Assembly (NCBI GenBank): GCA_964195125.1
Contig: CAXMPL010000060.1
Coordinates: forward strand, 1 to 38,219
DNA: 38,219 bases
Direction: 5' to 3'
DNA from: an uncultured Kiloniellales bacterium
Lineage (GTDB): Bacteria > Actinomycetota > Acidimicrobiia > Spongiisociales > UBA5794
In this document: piece after piece, positions 8,836 through 17,203 of the stretch
Layout of the letters: each line of letters begins with the position of its first letter
Numbering within the stretch: position 1 is the stretch's first letter
Notes under the pieces: model-generated
Told to the model about the DNA's origin: nothing
The model's database searches: none
Seen by the model: the letters and a program-made list of their open reading frames with translations, nothing else
Translations under genes and position numbers: made by a program

Positions 8836-9765
8836 TCAGGGTTGATCGTCACCGGACCGCAGCGCTATCAGCGCGTCGGGAGCCTCGGCCACGGTCACCC
8901 GGTGGGCAATCCCGAGGTGCTCACCATCGGTCTGCACCGGTGACGGCGGCTCCGCGGAAATGGTCAGCTTGGTAAACCCTTCGTAGACCTTCGCCCCTAG
9001 CCGCTCTGGCATCGGCCTGCGAAACATCGAACGAGCGAAGATCTCGGCAGCGCGGTGGACCTCGAGGTCCTCGGCAACGATGGCGGCGAGTCCGTCAACC
9101 GGCGCCGTGGTGAGATGCAGCGGAACTGCACCGAAGAATGTGTAGGGATGATGGACTTGGACCAGCGCCAGTACCCCATTGGCGGATTCGCCGTCGACCT
9201 CGACCTTGAGGTTCGCAGGACGGTTTCTCCACTCGAGCAGCAGCTTCGATAGCGCCGACTGAGCGTAATGTGCGCCGCCGAGCCAGATCTTCGAGTGGGG
9301 CCTCTCCTCGGCCAGCGCCACGACATCGGCGTCATAACCCACACCGAATGCGAAGGTAGCGAACTCTGTGATAGGCCCGGTACCCAACTCGGCTTCGACC
9401 ACTGCCATGCGGGTTGGGAGGGCGGGAAGGGACGCCATTGCTCGCGCCGCGCGTTTCGGGTCGCTCGGCATGTCGAAAATCCTGGCAAGAACATTGGTGG
9501 TCCCTGCCGGGATGATCCCAAGCGCGGCTGCCGTGTACGCAACACCGTTGGCCACATGGTGGGCGACCCCGTCGCCGCCCATCGCCGCGACCACGTGGTA
9601 GCCCAAACCCGCTGCCTCCTTCGCCCTGCGACGCGTTGCGGCGGCCCCGTGAGGCCATTCGGCGTCCACCCGGAAGTCTTCCTCGAGGATGCGAACGACA
9701 TCACGAAACAAGGCGCCGGTGAAACCGGACGCCGAAGGGTTCGCCAGGAGAAGAAGCCGGCGCAT
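8836..9765 (-). CDS. Diacylglycerol kinase catalytic-domain lipid kinase (YegS/BmrU-like)
   Basis: 309 aa. Motifs LLLANPSASG, VVAAMGGDGVAHHVANG and IIPAGTTNVLAR are typical of DAGK_cat family kinases. Confidence 0.8.
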   Translation of the reverse strand: MRRLLLLANPSASGFTGALFRDVVRILEEDFRVDAEWPHGAAATRRRAKEAAGLGYHVVAAMGGDGVAHHVANGVAYTAAALGIIPAGTTNVLARIFDMPSDPKRAARAMASLPALPTRMAVVEAELGTGPITEFATFAFGVGYDADVVALAEERPHSKIWLGGAHYAQSALSKLLLEWRNRPANLKVEVDGESANGVLALVQVHHPYTFFGAVPLHLTTAPVDGLAAIVAEDLEVHRAAEIFARSMFRRPMPERLGAKVYEGFTKLTISAEPPSPVQTDGEHLGIAHRVTVAEAPDALIALRSGDDQP

Positions 9766-9776
9766 CGGGGAAGAGT

Positions 9777-9858
9777 AGTTGCCAGTTACCAGCTGCCAGT
9801 TGGGTCAGCCGCGATTCCGAACTGGCAACTGGGAGCGAGCGCAGCGAGCGTACTGGGA
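9777..9858. repeat. Heptamer tandem repeat AGTTGCC AGTTACC AGCTGCC AGTTGGG, with an inverted partial copy and GCGAGCG repeats
   Basis: Read directly. GTTGCCAGTT (9778-9787) is the exact reverse complement of AACTGGCAAC (9820-9829). It is followed by GCGAGCG CA GCGAGCG, flanked by ACTGGGA twice. It sits in the divergent region between the lipid kinase and the PRTase. Confidence 0.8.
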
Positions 9859-9915
9859 ACTCCCCGGCCGGCGCCCCCGAGACTGGAGCGCTGTCGGTAG
9901 GTACCCTCACCAATC

Positions 9916-10539
9916 ATGTACCGCGATCGGATTGATGCCGGCGAGAAGCTCGCCGCTGCCCTCACCGGGATGATCGACCCCGACGACCGGCCCCTGGTCC
10001 TCGGCATCCCACGCGGTGGTGTTCCGGTAGCTGCCGTGGTCGCCGAACGCCTGAATGGCGACCTCGACGTGCTGGTCGCTCACAAGTTGGGTGCTCCCGG
10101 GAACCCCGAGTTCGCCATCGGAGCCGTAGCCGAGGATGGCTCGACGTTTGTCGACGATCGGATGGTTCACCGCATTTCCGAGGACTATGTGCGCGAGGAG
10201 ACAGCCAGGCAGCTCGCCGACGTTCGTCGTAGGGCACAGACCCTGCGAGACGGCCGTCAGGCCGTGCCGATCGAGGGTCGGGTCTGCATCGTGGTCGATG
10301 ACGGAGTCGCCACCGGTTCGACCCTGGAAGCTTCGCTGCGCCTGGTCAACCGGCTGGGAGCGGCGAAGGTGATCGCCGCGGTGCCGGTTGGTCCACCAGA
10401 CACGATCAAACGTCTCTCGGCCGCAGCCGACGAGGTGGTCTGCCCGCTGCAACCGAGGCATTTCTTCGCTGTCGGTGGCTGGTACGAGACGTTTGACCAA
10501 GTCCCGGATGAAGACGTAGCGGCCCTGCTAGACCCGTAG
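9916..10539 (+). CDS. Phosphoribosyltransferase family protein (type I PRTase fold)
   Basis: 207 aa. PRPP-binding loop VCIVVDDGVATGST. N-terminal LVLGIPRGGVPVA. Confidence 0.8.
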   Translation: MYRDRIDAGEKLAAALTGMIDPDDRPLVLGIPRGGVPVAAVVAERLNGDLDVLVAHKLGAPGNPEFAIGAVAEDGSTFVDDRMVHRISEDYVREETARQLADVRRRAQTLRDGRQAVPIEGRVCIVVDDGVATGSTLEASLRLVNRLGAAKVIAAVPVGPPDTIKRLSAAADEVVCPLQPRHFFAVGGWYETFDQVPDEDVAALLDP

Positions 10540-10550
10540 ACGGTGTGAAA

Positions 10551-10567
10551 CGTAATACGTAATACGG
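10551..10567. repeat. Heptamer tandem repeat CGTAATA CGTAATA CGG
   Basis: Read directly, 11 nt after the TAG stop of the PRTase gene and between convergent genes. The same 16-mer CGTAATACGTAATACG recurs at 20755-20770. Confidence 0.85.
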
Positions 10568-10572
10568 AACTG

Positions 10573-10965
10573 CTACTGGTTAGCGGCCGCCAGCGACAGC
10601 AGCTCTTGGACCGATTCGCGGAGCTCTTCGGGCCGGAACGGCTTGGTCATGAACGAATCGGCGCCTTTGGCTGCGGCCCGGTCCGCCATCTCCGGCTGGG
10701 CGTGTGCGGTAAGCACGAGGACCCGCACCCGCCTGGTTGCCTCGTCGGCGCGCAGCCTGGCGAGGACCTCCCATCCATCCATGCCCGGAAGCCCGATGTC
10801 AAGCACGATTGCCTGTGGGATCTCGGATGTCGCAGCCTCGAGACCCAGGAGGCCGTCCTCGACGGAGCGGATCTCTACCCCAAGAGGGCGGAGGCAGACT
10901 TCGATCAGTCTGCGAACACTCGCCGAGTCCTCAATCACGAGTATGGAGGACTTCATCCGGCCCAT
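10573..10965 (-). CDS. Stand-alone response-regulator receiver domain (CheY-like)
   Basis: 130 aa. ILVIEDS acidic pocket, phospho-acceptor context VLDIGLPGMDG, and conserved T (LVLTAH) and K (KPF). No output domain. GGAG lies 9 nt upstream of ATG 10965. Confidence 0.88.
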   Translation of the reverse strand: MGRMKSSILVIEDSASVRRLIEVCLRPLGVEIRSVEDGLLGLEAATSEIPQAIVLDIGLPGMDGWEVLARLRADEATRRVRVLVLTAHAQPEMADRAAAKGADSFMTKPFRPEELRESVQELLSLAAANQ

Positions 10966-11039
10966 ATCGGCTCACTCCGATCGGCGCTTGAGGGATGCTG
11001 GCGGATGTAGCCTGTGACAAACCGGCACACGGAGGCCTT

Positions 11040-12587
11040 GTGTTGCAACCGTATCGTTCCATCCCCTATTCGGATTTCACCCAACCCGGACCGAAGGCTA
11101 GCTATGAGAAGGCGCTCGCCCTGGTAACCGGGCGCATCGGTGTCCACGCGCCCCTGCTGATCGGGGGCGACCGAATCGATACCAAGCGCACCGTCGACAG
11201 CGTCGATCCCTCGCAACCTGACCGGATCATCGGAACCGCTTCGCTGGCCTCGCCCGAGCAGGCTGTCGCAGCCTTGGACGCGGCCTGGACGGCCTTCCCG
11301 GCGTGGTCGGCTCGTGGCGCAGAAGAACGCGCCGAGCTCGTCCATCGAGTCGGTGATCTCATCGAGTCCCGAATCCACGAGTTCTCTGCCTGGCAGACCT
11401 TCGAGGCGGGTAAGAACTGGGCGGAGGCCGAGGCCGATGTGGCAGAAGCCATCGACTTCTGCCGCTACTACGCACATCAGGCCCTGGCCATGGCCGAGCC
11501 GCTTCCCGTTCATGAGTTTCCAGGGGAAACCAACGAGTCCTGGCTCCAGCCGCTTGGCGCGGGTGTGGTGATTCCCCCGTGGAACTTCCCACTGGCGATC
11601 CTCGTCGGTATGGCGATCGGCCCCGTAGCGGCTGGGAACACCGTTGTGCTAAAACCGGCGTCGAACACGCCGATCGTCGGCTGGGGGTTCATGGAGGTAC
11701 TCGCCGAGGCCGGCGTGCCTCCCGGTGTCGTCAACTTTCTGCCGGGGGCAGGATCTGAGGTCGGTGACACCCTGGTCGACCATCGGTCGACGCGCTTCAT
11801 CAACTTCACCGGATCGAAAGAGGTAGGCCTGAGGATCGCCGAGCGGTCGGCGACCGTCGGCGACGGTCAGCGGTGGATGAAGCGGGCCTATATGGAGATG
11901 GGTGGCAAGGATGCCCTGATCGTCGACGAGACCGCCGATCTCGACACCGCAGCCGACGACGTGGTCCGCTCCGCCTTTGGGTTCCAGGGCCAGAAATGCT
12001 CCGCTTGTTCGCGGCTGATCGTCGTCGATGCGGTCCATGATGAGCTCGTCGACAAGGTCGTCGAACGGGCGGCGGCGCTCTCCATCGGCCCGCCAGAAGA
12101 GAATCATCCGGTCGGGCCGGTGATCTCAGCCGCCCAGCACTCGGCCATCCGTGAGGAGATCGACCTGGGAAAGGCCGAGGGAACTCTTGTGATGGGTGGC
12201 AGCGCCGTCGATCGGGATGGCGGTTACTACATCGAGCCGACCGTGTTCGTAGACGTCGACCGCGACGCGAGACTCGCCCAACACGAGATTTTCGGTCCCG
12301 TGTTGTCGGTGGTTCGTGCTTCCGATTTCGATGATGCGCTTGACGTGGCCAACGGGACCGAATATGGGCTCACCGGTGGATTGCACTCCTCCGACGAGAG
12401 CCACATCAGCAGGGCCAGGGACGAGTTCTACGTTGGCAACCTCTACATCAATCGAAAGATCACCGGTGCATTGGTCGGGATCCAACCGTTCGGTGGTTTC
12501 AACATGTCGGGGTCCAACGCCAAGGCCGGTGGCCCCGACTATCTCCGTCTGTTCATGGAAATGAAGACGGTGGCGACCAGGAATTAG
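11040..12587 (+). CDS. pruA: L-glutamate gamma-semialdehyde (1-pyrroline-5-carboxylate) dehydrogenase
   Basis: Collinear with remembered RocA/PruA. PYSDFT N-terminus, EADADVAEAIDFCRYYA, PPWNFPLAI, EMGGKD, GQKCSACSR catalytic Cys, FGGFNMSGSNAKAGGPDYL. GTG 11040 follows GGAGG (11031-11035). The track start ATG 10995 is the alternative. Confidence 0.9.
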   Translation: MLQPYRSIPYSDFTQPGPKASYEKALALVTGRIGVHAPLLIGGDRIDTKRTVDSVDPSQPDRIIGTASLASPEQAVAALDAAWTAFPAWSARGAEERAELVHRVGDLIESRIHEFSAWQTFEAGKNWAEAEADVAEAIDFCRYYAHQALAMAEPLPVHEFPGETNESWLQPLGAGVVIPPWNFPLAILVGMAIGPVAAGNTVVLKPASNTPIVGWGFMEVLAEAGVPPGVVNFLPGAGSEVGDTLVDHRSTRFINFTGSKEVGLRIAERSATVGDGQRWMKRAYMEMGGKDALIVDETADLDTAADDVVRSAFGFQGQKCSACSRLIVVDAVHDELVDKVVERAAALSIGPPEENHPVGPVISAAQHSAIREEIDLGKAEGTLVMGGSAVDRDGGYYIEPTVFVDVDRDARLAQHEIFGPVLSVVRASDFDDALDVANGTEYGLTGGLHSSDESHISRARDEFYVGNLYINRKITGALVGIQPFGGFNMSGSNAKAGGPDYLRLFMEMKTVATRN

Positions 12588-12598
12588 TGACCACAGCG

Positions 12599-13483
12599 TT
12601 ACGGAGTGGCGCTCACCTCATAAACGTGACGCTCTATCACGTTGCCCTGCTGGTCCTGGACGATGATCGTCGTCCCATTTGCCACCCATGAGTCGGTGTC
12701 GACGCACCACGCCAGACCGGAATCGTCGTCGCCGGCGCAGCCGAGGGCGACGCTGGCGACGTCGCCGGGGGTGAGCAGCACCCGAGGGGGGAAGGTGTAG
12801 CCCGGGGGGCTCCCGGCGTCGCGCATTGTCCATCCGCCGATGGCGATCTCGGTGTATGAGGCGTTGACGATCTCGACCGAGGCCGGCTCGGTGGTTGGAG
12901 GGTCCGGTATGTTCACGGTATCGATGCGCAGTACCGGCCGATCGGGAGTGATCCCGCCTTCCGGGTGGCCGCATGCAAACGTCCCCCACATCCCCCGCCC
13001 GGAGGCGTAGGCACTGGCGTTGACGCGCAGGAAATCCCCGGCGAACTCGTGGCCGTGAAGGGCGGCTGCGGCGCCGAGCTCCACCAGTTCCAGATTGACG
13101 AAGATCCGGTCGTCATCGTCGATCATCAGATAGCGGAGGGGGGTACCGTCCTCGTCGGTCCCTGTTCCCCACACCGCGACGCTGCGCCCCGCGGTTAGCT
13201 GAGCCAGGGCGAGGCCCGCGGCCTCGGCGTAACACTCTTCCCCTTGCGGGGCGCGAACCCCGGCAAGGGCCACATCCATCGATTCTTCGTTGATCGTCAT
13301 CTGCACCGTGTCACCATCGACGACTCCCGAGACGATTCCGTGTTCCGTGTCGTCGGGGATTGTGACTCCCGTCGAGGACGTCGACTGCTCGTCCCCGGTT
13401 GTGGAGGTTTCCAAAGCCGTACTGCACGCGGTGACGAACGCGGCGACGACTGCAATTGCGGCGAGCCCCCTCATGGTTGTCAC
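12599..13483 (-). CDS. Secreted lipoprotein: thermonuclease (SNase-like) domain fused to a lamin-tail-like (LTD) domain
   Basis: 294 aa. Lipobox AFVTAC. SNase blocks VVDGDTVQM, GVRAPQ, NLELVELGAA and GRGMWG. The C-terminal ~100 aa (VEIVNASYTEIAIGGWTMRDAG..YTFPPRVLLTPGD) resemble LTD. Confidence 0.7.
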   Translation of the reverse strand: MTTMRGLAAIAVVAAFVTACSTALETSTTGDEQSTSSTGVTIPDDTEHGIVSGVVDGDTVQMTINEESMDVALAGVRAPQGEECYAEAAGLALAQLTAGRSVAVWGTGTDEDGTPLRYLMIDDDDRIFVNLELVELGAAAALHGHEFAGDFLRVNASAYASGRGMWGTFACGHPEGGITPDRPVLRIDTVNIPDPPTTEPASVEIVNASYTEIAIGGWTMRDAGSPPGYTFPPRVLLTPGDVASVALGCAGDDDSGLAWCVDTDSWVANGTTIIVQDQQGNVIERHVYEVSATP

Positions 13484-13524
13484 GGTACATGGGGCAGGGA
13501 CTAGTCAAGGGCACCTCGCATCCT

Positions 13525-13611
13525 CCTTTGGGAGAGTTCCGCGTCGTCAGACGCGGTGTGCGGGTCACCCCGTGATCGCGAGGCAATTGGCACCTCCCCC
13601 TGAGGGGTAGG
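13525..13611. repeat. Degenerate solitary copy of the GC-rich hairpin element family seen at 15497-15856
   Basis: CCTCCTTTGGGAGAGTTCCGCG resembles TCTCCCCTTTTGGGGAGTACCGCC. The hairpin CCGCGTC-GTCA-GACGCGG is present. CACCTCCCCCTGAGGGGTAGG (13591-13611) resembles CACCTCCCCCAAGAGGGGAGG. Confidence 0.5.
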
Positions 13612-13638
13612 CAAAGAACGCGATCTGGGTCGTCTGAT

Positions 13639-13666
13639 TTGCGTCTCGCGTCTTGCGGCTCGACAC
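13639..13666. repeat. Heptamer tandem repeat TTGCGTC TCGCGTC TTGCGGC TCGACAC
   Basis: Read directly, 10 nt upstream of the SDR start. It resembles the reverse complement of the 1741 repeat (ACTTGCG ACTTGCG TCTTGTG). Confidence 0.6.
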
Positions 13667-13675
13667 TGTCTGCCA

Positions 13676-14440
13676 ATGAGCCCCTTCGACTTGTCAGGCA
13701 CGGTGGCGCTGATCACCGGAGGCAACGGGGGCATCGGGCTCGGCATGGCGGAAGGGCTGGCCGCGGCGGGCGCCGACGTGTGTATCTGGGGGCGGAATGC
13801 CGAAAAGAACGAGGCCGCCCTTGCGGGCCTGACAGCACACGGGACGCAGGTGGAGGCGATGGTGGTCGATGTTGCCGACGAAGGCGCGGTGGACGATGCC
13901 TTCGCCGCCACCGTCGATCGATTGGGCAGGGTCGACGCCTGCTTCGCCAACGCCGGGATCATCGGCGCGGGGTCGCGTTTCGCGGACGTCACCGAGGACG
14001 AGTGGCGGGCCGTCACCGGCATCAACCTCGATGGGGTCTTTCTCACTCTCCGTGCCGCCGTTCGCCATCTGATGCACCGCGGCGAGGGTGGTTCGCTGGT
14101 GGCGACCAGCAGCCTTTCTTCTGTGCTTGGGATGCCGCGCGGCTCGGCGTATTCGTCGTCGAAGGCGGCAGTGTCGGCGCTCGTCCGATCGATTGCGGTT
14201 GAGTACGGGCGGTATGGCATCAGGGCGAACGCCATTGTCCCGGGCTGGATCGAGACTGACATGACCGCAGCAATCATGACCGACGAGCGTTTCCAGCGCA
14301 GCCAGCTCGGCCGGACCTCGCTGAAGCGATGGGGCCGCCCGGATGACTTCGCCGGGATCGCCGTGTACCTGGCGTCGGACGCCTCCCGGTTCCACACCGG
14401 TGACACCATCGTCATCGACGGCGGCTACCTCGTCGACTGA
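13676..14440 (+). CDS. Short-chain dehydrogenase/reductase (FabG-like)
   Basis: 254 aa. TGGNGGIG cofactor motif, NAG, and catalytic YSSSK. Confidence 0.88.
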   Translation: MSPFDLSGTVALITGGNGGIGLGMAEGLAAAGADVCIWGRNAEKNEAALAGLTAHGTQVEAMVVDVADEGAVDDAFAATVDRLGRVDACFANAGIIGAGSRFADVTEDEWRAVTGINLDGVFLTLRAAVRHLMHRGEGGSLVATSSLSSVLGMPRGSAYSSSKAAVSALVRSIAVEYGRYGIRANAIVPGWIETDMTAAIMTDERFQRSQLGRTSLKRWGRPDDFAGIAVYLASDASRFHTGDTIVIDGGYLVD

Positions 14441-14477
14441 GTGCCCGCTGGTCGATGCGGATGCGGTGTAGCGTGAT

Positions 14478-15482
14478 GTGATGGATTTCGGTGTTGTCCT
14501 GCAAAACAACCCGCCGGCCTCTCGTGTCGTTGAGTTGACCAAGCAGGCGGAGGATCTCGGGTTCAGCCACGCCTGGACGTGGGACTCGCACTTCCTGTGG
14601 CAGGAGCCGTTTGTGATCTACTCGCGGATGCTGGCGGAGACCGACAACATTGTGGTCGGCCCCATGGTCACTAACCCGGGCACTCGTGACTGGACGGTGA
14701 TTGCCTCGCTGTTCGCCACCCTCAATGAGATGTACGGCCCGCGGACTATTTGTGGCATGGGTCGTGGCGACTCTGCTCTTCGCTATCTCGGCCGCCAGCC
14801 CCGCACGATGGCAACGATGGTCGAGTCGATGAAGGTGATCAAGGGCCTCGTTGCCGGGGAGACCGTCGAATACAACGAAAGAGCGTTGCAGATGCCATGG
14901 GTAGGCGATGGTTGGAACCTGCCGATCTGGGTGGCCGGTTACGGGCCGAAGGCACTCGCCGCCGCCGGTCGGCATGGCGACGGCTTCATCCTCCAGCTCG
15001 CCGACCCGCAGGTCCTGGAGTGGACGATGACCGCCGTCCGCGATGCCGCAGTCGAAGCCGGTCGGGATCCGGACGAGATCAAGATCTGCGTGGCAGCCCC
15101 TGCCTATGTCGGAGATGACCTCGAGCATCAACGCGACCAGCTGCGGTGGTTCGGCGGCATGGTGGGCAACCACGTCGTCGACATGGTCGCCCGGTATGGA
15201 GAGGATGCTTCGAAGGTGCCGGAAGTCCTGTCCGACTACATCAAGGAGCGCGAGTCCTATGACTACGAAGGGCACGGCAGGGCGAGCAACGTCTCTGTTG
15301 ATTTCGTGCCGGACACCATCGTCGATCGCTTCTGTGTCCTGGGTCCTGTCGATGCACACCTCGAAAAGCTGACGCTGCTCAGCGACATGGGCGTCGACCA
15401 GTTCGCCATCTATCTGATGCACGACGACATGGAGGGAACCCTCCAGGCCTATGGAGACCACATCATCCCGGGTCTGAATTAG
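14478..15482 (+). CDS. LLM-class (luciferase-like) flavin/F420-dependent oxidoreductase
   Basis: 334 aa. TIM-barrel LLM pattern (FGVVLQ.., GFSHAWTWDSH, GPMVTNPGTRDW, GMGRGDSA, WVAGYGPKALAAAGRHGDGFI). GTG 14478 is immediately followed by ATG 14481, so either may be the start. Confidence 0.8.
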   Translation: MMDFGVVLQNNPPASRVVELTKQAEDLGFSHAWTWDSHFLWQEPFVIYSRMLAETDNIVVGPMVTNPGTRDWTVIASLFATLNEMYGPRTICGMGRGDSALRYLGRQPRTMATMVESMKVIKGLVAGETVEYNERALQMPWVGDGWNLPIWVAGYGPKALAAAGRHGDGFILQLADPQVLEWTMTAVRDAAVEAGRDPDEIKICVAAPAYVGDDLEHQRDQLRWFGGMVGNHVVDMVARYGEDASKVPEVLSDYIKERESYDYEGHGRASNVSVDFVPDTIVDRFCVLGPVDAHLEKLTLLSDMGVDQFAIYLMHDDMEGTLQAYGDHIIPGLN

Positions 15483-15496
15483 ATCGGCATCGTCCG

Positions 15497-15856
15497 TTTC
15501 TCCCCCTTTTGGGGGGAGTACCGCCGAAGGCGGGGAGGGGGGCTTCTTCGCTGGGGCGACGGGTTATCTTGGGAAGCCCCCTCCGTCAGCGGCTGCGCCG
15601 CTGCCACATCCCCCAAGAGGGGAGGAGACACGCGGGGAGCGGGGCTTCTTGTTTCTCCCCTTTTAGGGGAGTACCGCCACAGCCCCCTCCGTCAGCGGCT
15701 CCGCCGCTGCCACCTCCCCCAAGAAGGGAGGAAACGGGCGGGGAGTGGGGCTTCTTTGCTGGGCAACGGGCTATCTCGGGAAGCCCCTCCGTCAGCGGCT
15801 GCGCCGCTGCCACCTCCCCCAAGAGGGGAGGAAACGGGCGGGGAGGGGGGCTTCCT
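15497..15856. repeat. Mosaic array of GC-rich palindromic (REP/MITE-like) elements
   Basis: Four module types, in the order X Y Z W Y X W Y Z W Y. W is CCCTCCGTCAGCGGCTGCGCCGCTGCCACCTCCCCCAAGAGGGGAGGAAAC and occurs 3 times (15578, 15683, 15784). It contains the hairpins CAGCGGC-TGC-GCCGCTG and CCTCCCC-CAAGA-GGGGAGG. X is TCTCCCC-TTTT-GGGGAG-TACCGCC and occurs twice. Confidence 0.85.
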
Positions 15857-15880
15857 CCTGGGCGGACGAGACGGCGACCT

Positions 15881-16666
15881 CTACCCGTCCCCCAACAGGT
15901 TCCGCTGCAGCTTGCGCATCCCACCCAGCCAGCGTTCATAGTCCGTGGCCTTGCTGACGAAGTAGTCGGCCACCTCGGGGTGGGGCAGGATGAGGAATCG
16001 CTCGTCGTGCAGCCCATCGATGACCGTATCGGCGACTTGCTCGGTTGAGATGCTGCCGTCAATGGCGAACTCGTGGAACCCCTCCGAGATGGTGGTGAGA
16101 TCGTCGAGCATGGCGGTGTCGACGAACTGCGGGGCCAGGCAAGACACGCCGATACCGTCGTCTCCGTAGGTGATCGACAGCCATTCGGCGAGGGCGACCA
16201 CGGCGTGCTTGGTGACGCTGTAGGGGGCGGCGCCGAGGTTGGTGAGCAGCCCGGCGGCGCTGGCGGTGTGCAGGAGATACCCCGAGCCTCGCTCGAGCAT
16301 CGAAGGAAGCACGGCTCGGGTCCCGTAGACGTGGGACATTACGTTGACCGCCCATGCCCGCTGCCAATCGTCGTCAGGGGCGTCGACGCTGCCGCCGGTG
16401 GGTATGCCCGCGTTCAGGCACAGCAGATCGACCGGTCCATAAGCTGCCTCGGCGGCGGCGATCATGCCGATGTTGTCGGCCTCTGAGGAGACGTCGGCCG
16501 CAATGGCGATCCCGCCAACCTCGTCGGCAACGGCCTGCGCCGAGCGGAGGTCGATGTCGGCGACGACGATGCCGGCGGCGTCTTCCCGCCCGAACCGCCG
16601 GCAAAGGGCGGCTCCGATACCGCTTCCTCCCCCGGTCACCACGGTGACGGCGTTCGCTAACTCCAC
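15881..16666 (-). CDS. Short-chain dehydrogenase/reductase
   Basis: TGGGSGIG begins 9 aa after GTG 16666. Also NAG and YSVTK. The track ORF (to 17206) runs antisense through the MaoC gene, so I trimmed it to the GTG immediately before the Rossmann motif. The exact start is uncertain. Confidence 0.8.
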   Translation of the reverse strand: MELANAVTVVTGGGSGIGAALCRRFGREDAAGIVVADIDLRSAQAVADEVGGIAIAADVSSEADNIGMIAAAEAAYGPVDLLCLNAGIPTGGSVDAPDDDWQRAWAVNVMSHVYGTRAVLPSMLERGSGYLLHTASAAGLLTNLGAAPYSVTKHAVVALAEWLSITYGDDGIGVSCLAPQFVDTAMLDDLTTISEGFHEFAIDGSISTEQVADTVIDGLHDERFLILPHPEVADYFVSKATDYERWLGGMRKLQRNLLGDG

Positions 16667-16738
16667 GCGCCGAGCGTACTGCGAGTCGTCTGCGAGGATG
16701 GCCGGCGATCTACCCTGGATGCGATACCGGGAGACCCC

Positions 16739-17203
16739 ATGATCACCATCCCAGCGAGCGAGCTCGTCGACCATGTAGGCGAGGAGACCGGTGTTTCGGA
16801 CTGGCTCGAGATCGACCAGGACCGTATCAACGCCTTTGCCGAGGTGACCCTCGACGATCAGTTCATCCACACCGATCCGGAAGCGGCGGCGCAGACCCCG
16901 CTCGGCTCGACCGTCGCCCATGGCTTTCTGACCCTGTCGCTGGTGTCGAGGCTGGCGGCCGACGGCATGATCATGCCTGAGGGAACCGTGATGATGTTGA
17001 ACTATGGGGTCGACCGGGTGCGCTTCCTGGAACCGGTCAAGGTTGACAGCAGGATCCGGGGAAAGACGCGCCTCAGCGACGTCAGGGAGAAGGGCCCGGG
17101 TCGCTGGCTGGCCACCAATGAGGTCACAGTCGAGATCGAAGGCGTCGACAAGCCGGCGATGGTCGCTGAGGTGCTGACGCTGTTTATCACGAGTGCCGAG
17201 TAG
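16739..17203 (+). CDS. MaoC-family (R)-specific enoyl-CoA hydratase / hotdog dehydratase
   Basis: 154 aa. DQDRINAFAEVTLDDQFIHTDPE...GSTVAHGFLTLSL hydratase-2 motif. GGAG lies 5 nt upstream of the ATG. Confidence 0.85.
   Translation: MITIPASELVDHVGEETGVSDWLEIDQDRINAFAEVTLDDQFIHTDPEAAAQTPLGSTVAHGFLTLSLVSRLAADGMIMPEGTVMMLNYGVDRVRFLEPVKVDSRIRGKTRLSDVREKGPGRWLATNEVTVEIEGVDKPAMVAEVLTLFITSAE

Noticed and set aside
15497-15856. Possible CRISPR array.
   Set aside because: The repeats are about 50-75 nt, imperfect and of several interleaved types. There are no unique spacers of regular length and no cas genes, so the pattern fits REP/MITE-like elements instead.
15509-16062. ORFs 15509..16048(+), 15586..16062(-), 15745..15957(+) and 15756..15941(+) inside the repeat array.
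   Set aside because: They are generated by translating the repeated GC-rich hairpin modules (repeating PLRQRLRRCHLPQEGR-type peptides). There are no start-site signals, and the sequence is explained by the repeat structure.
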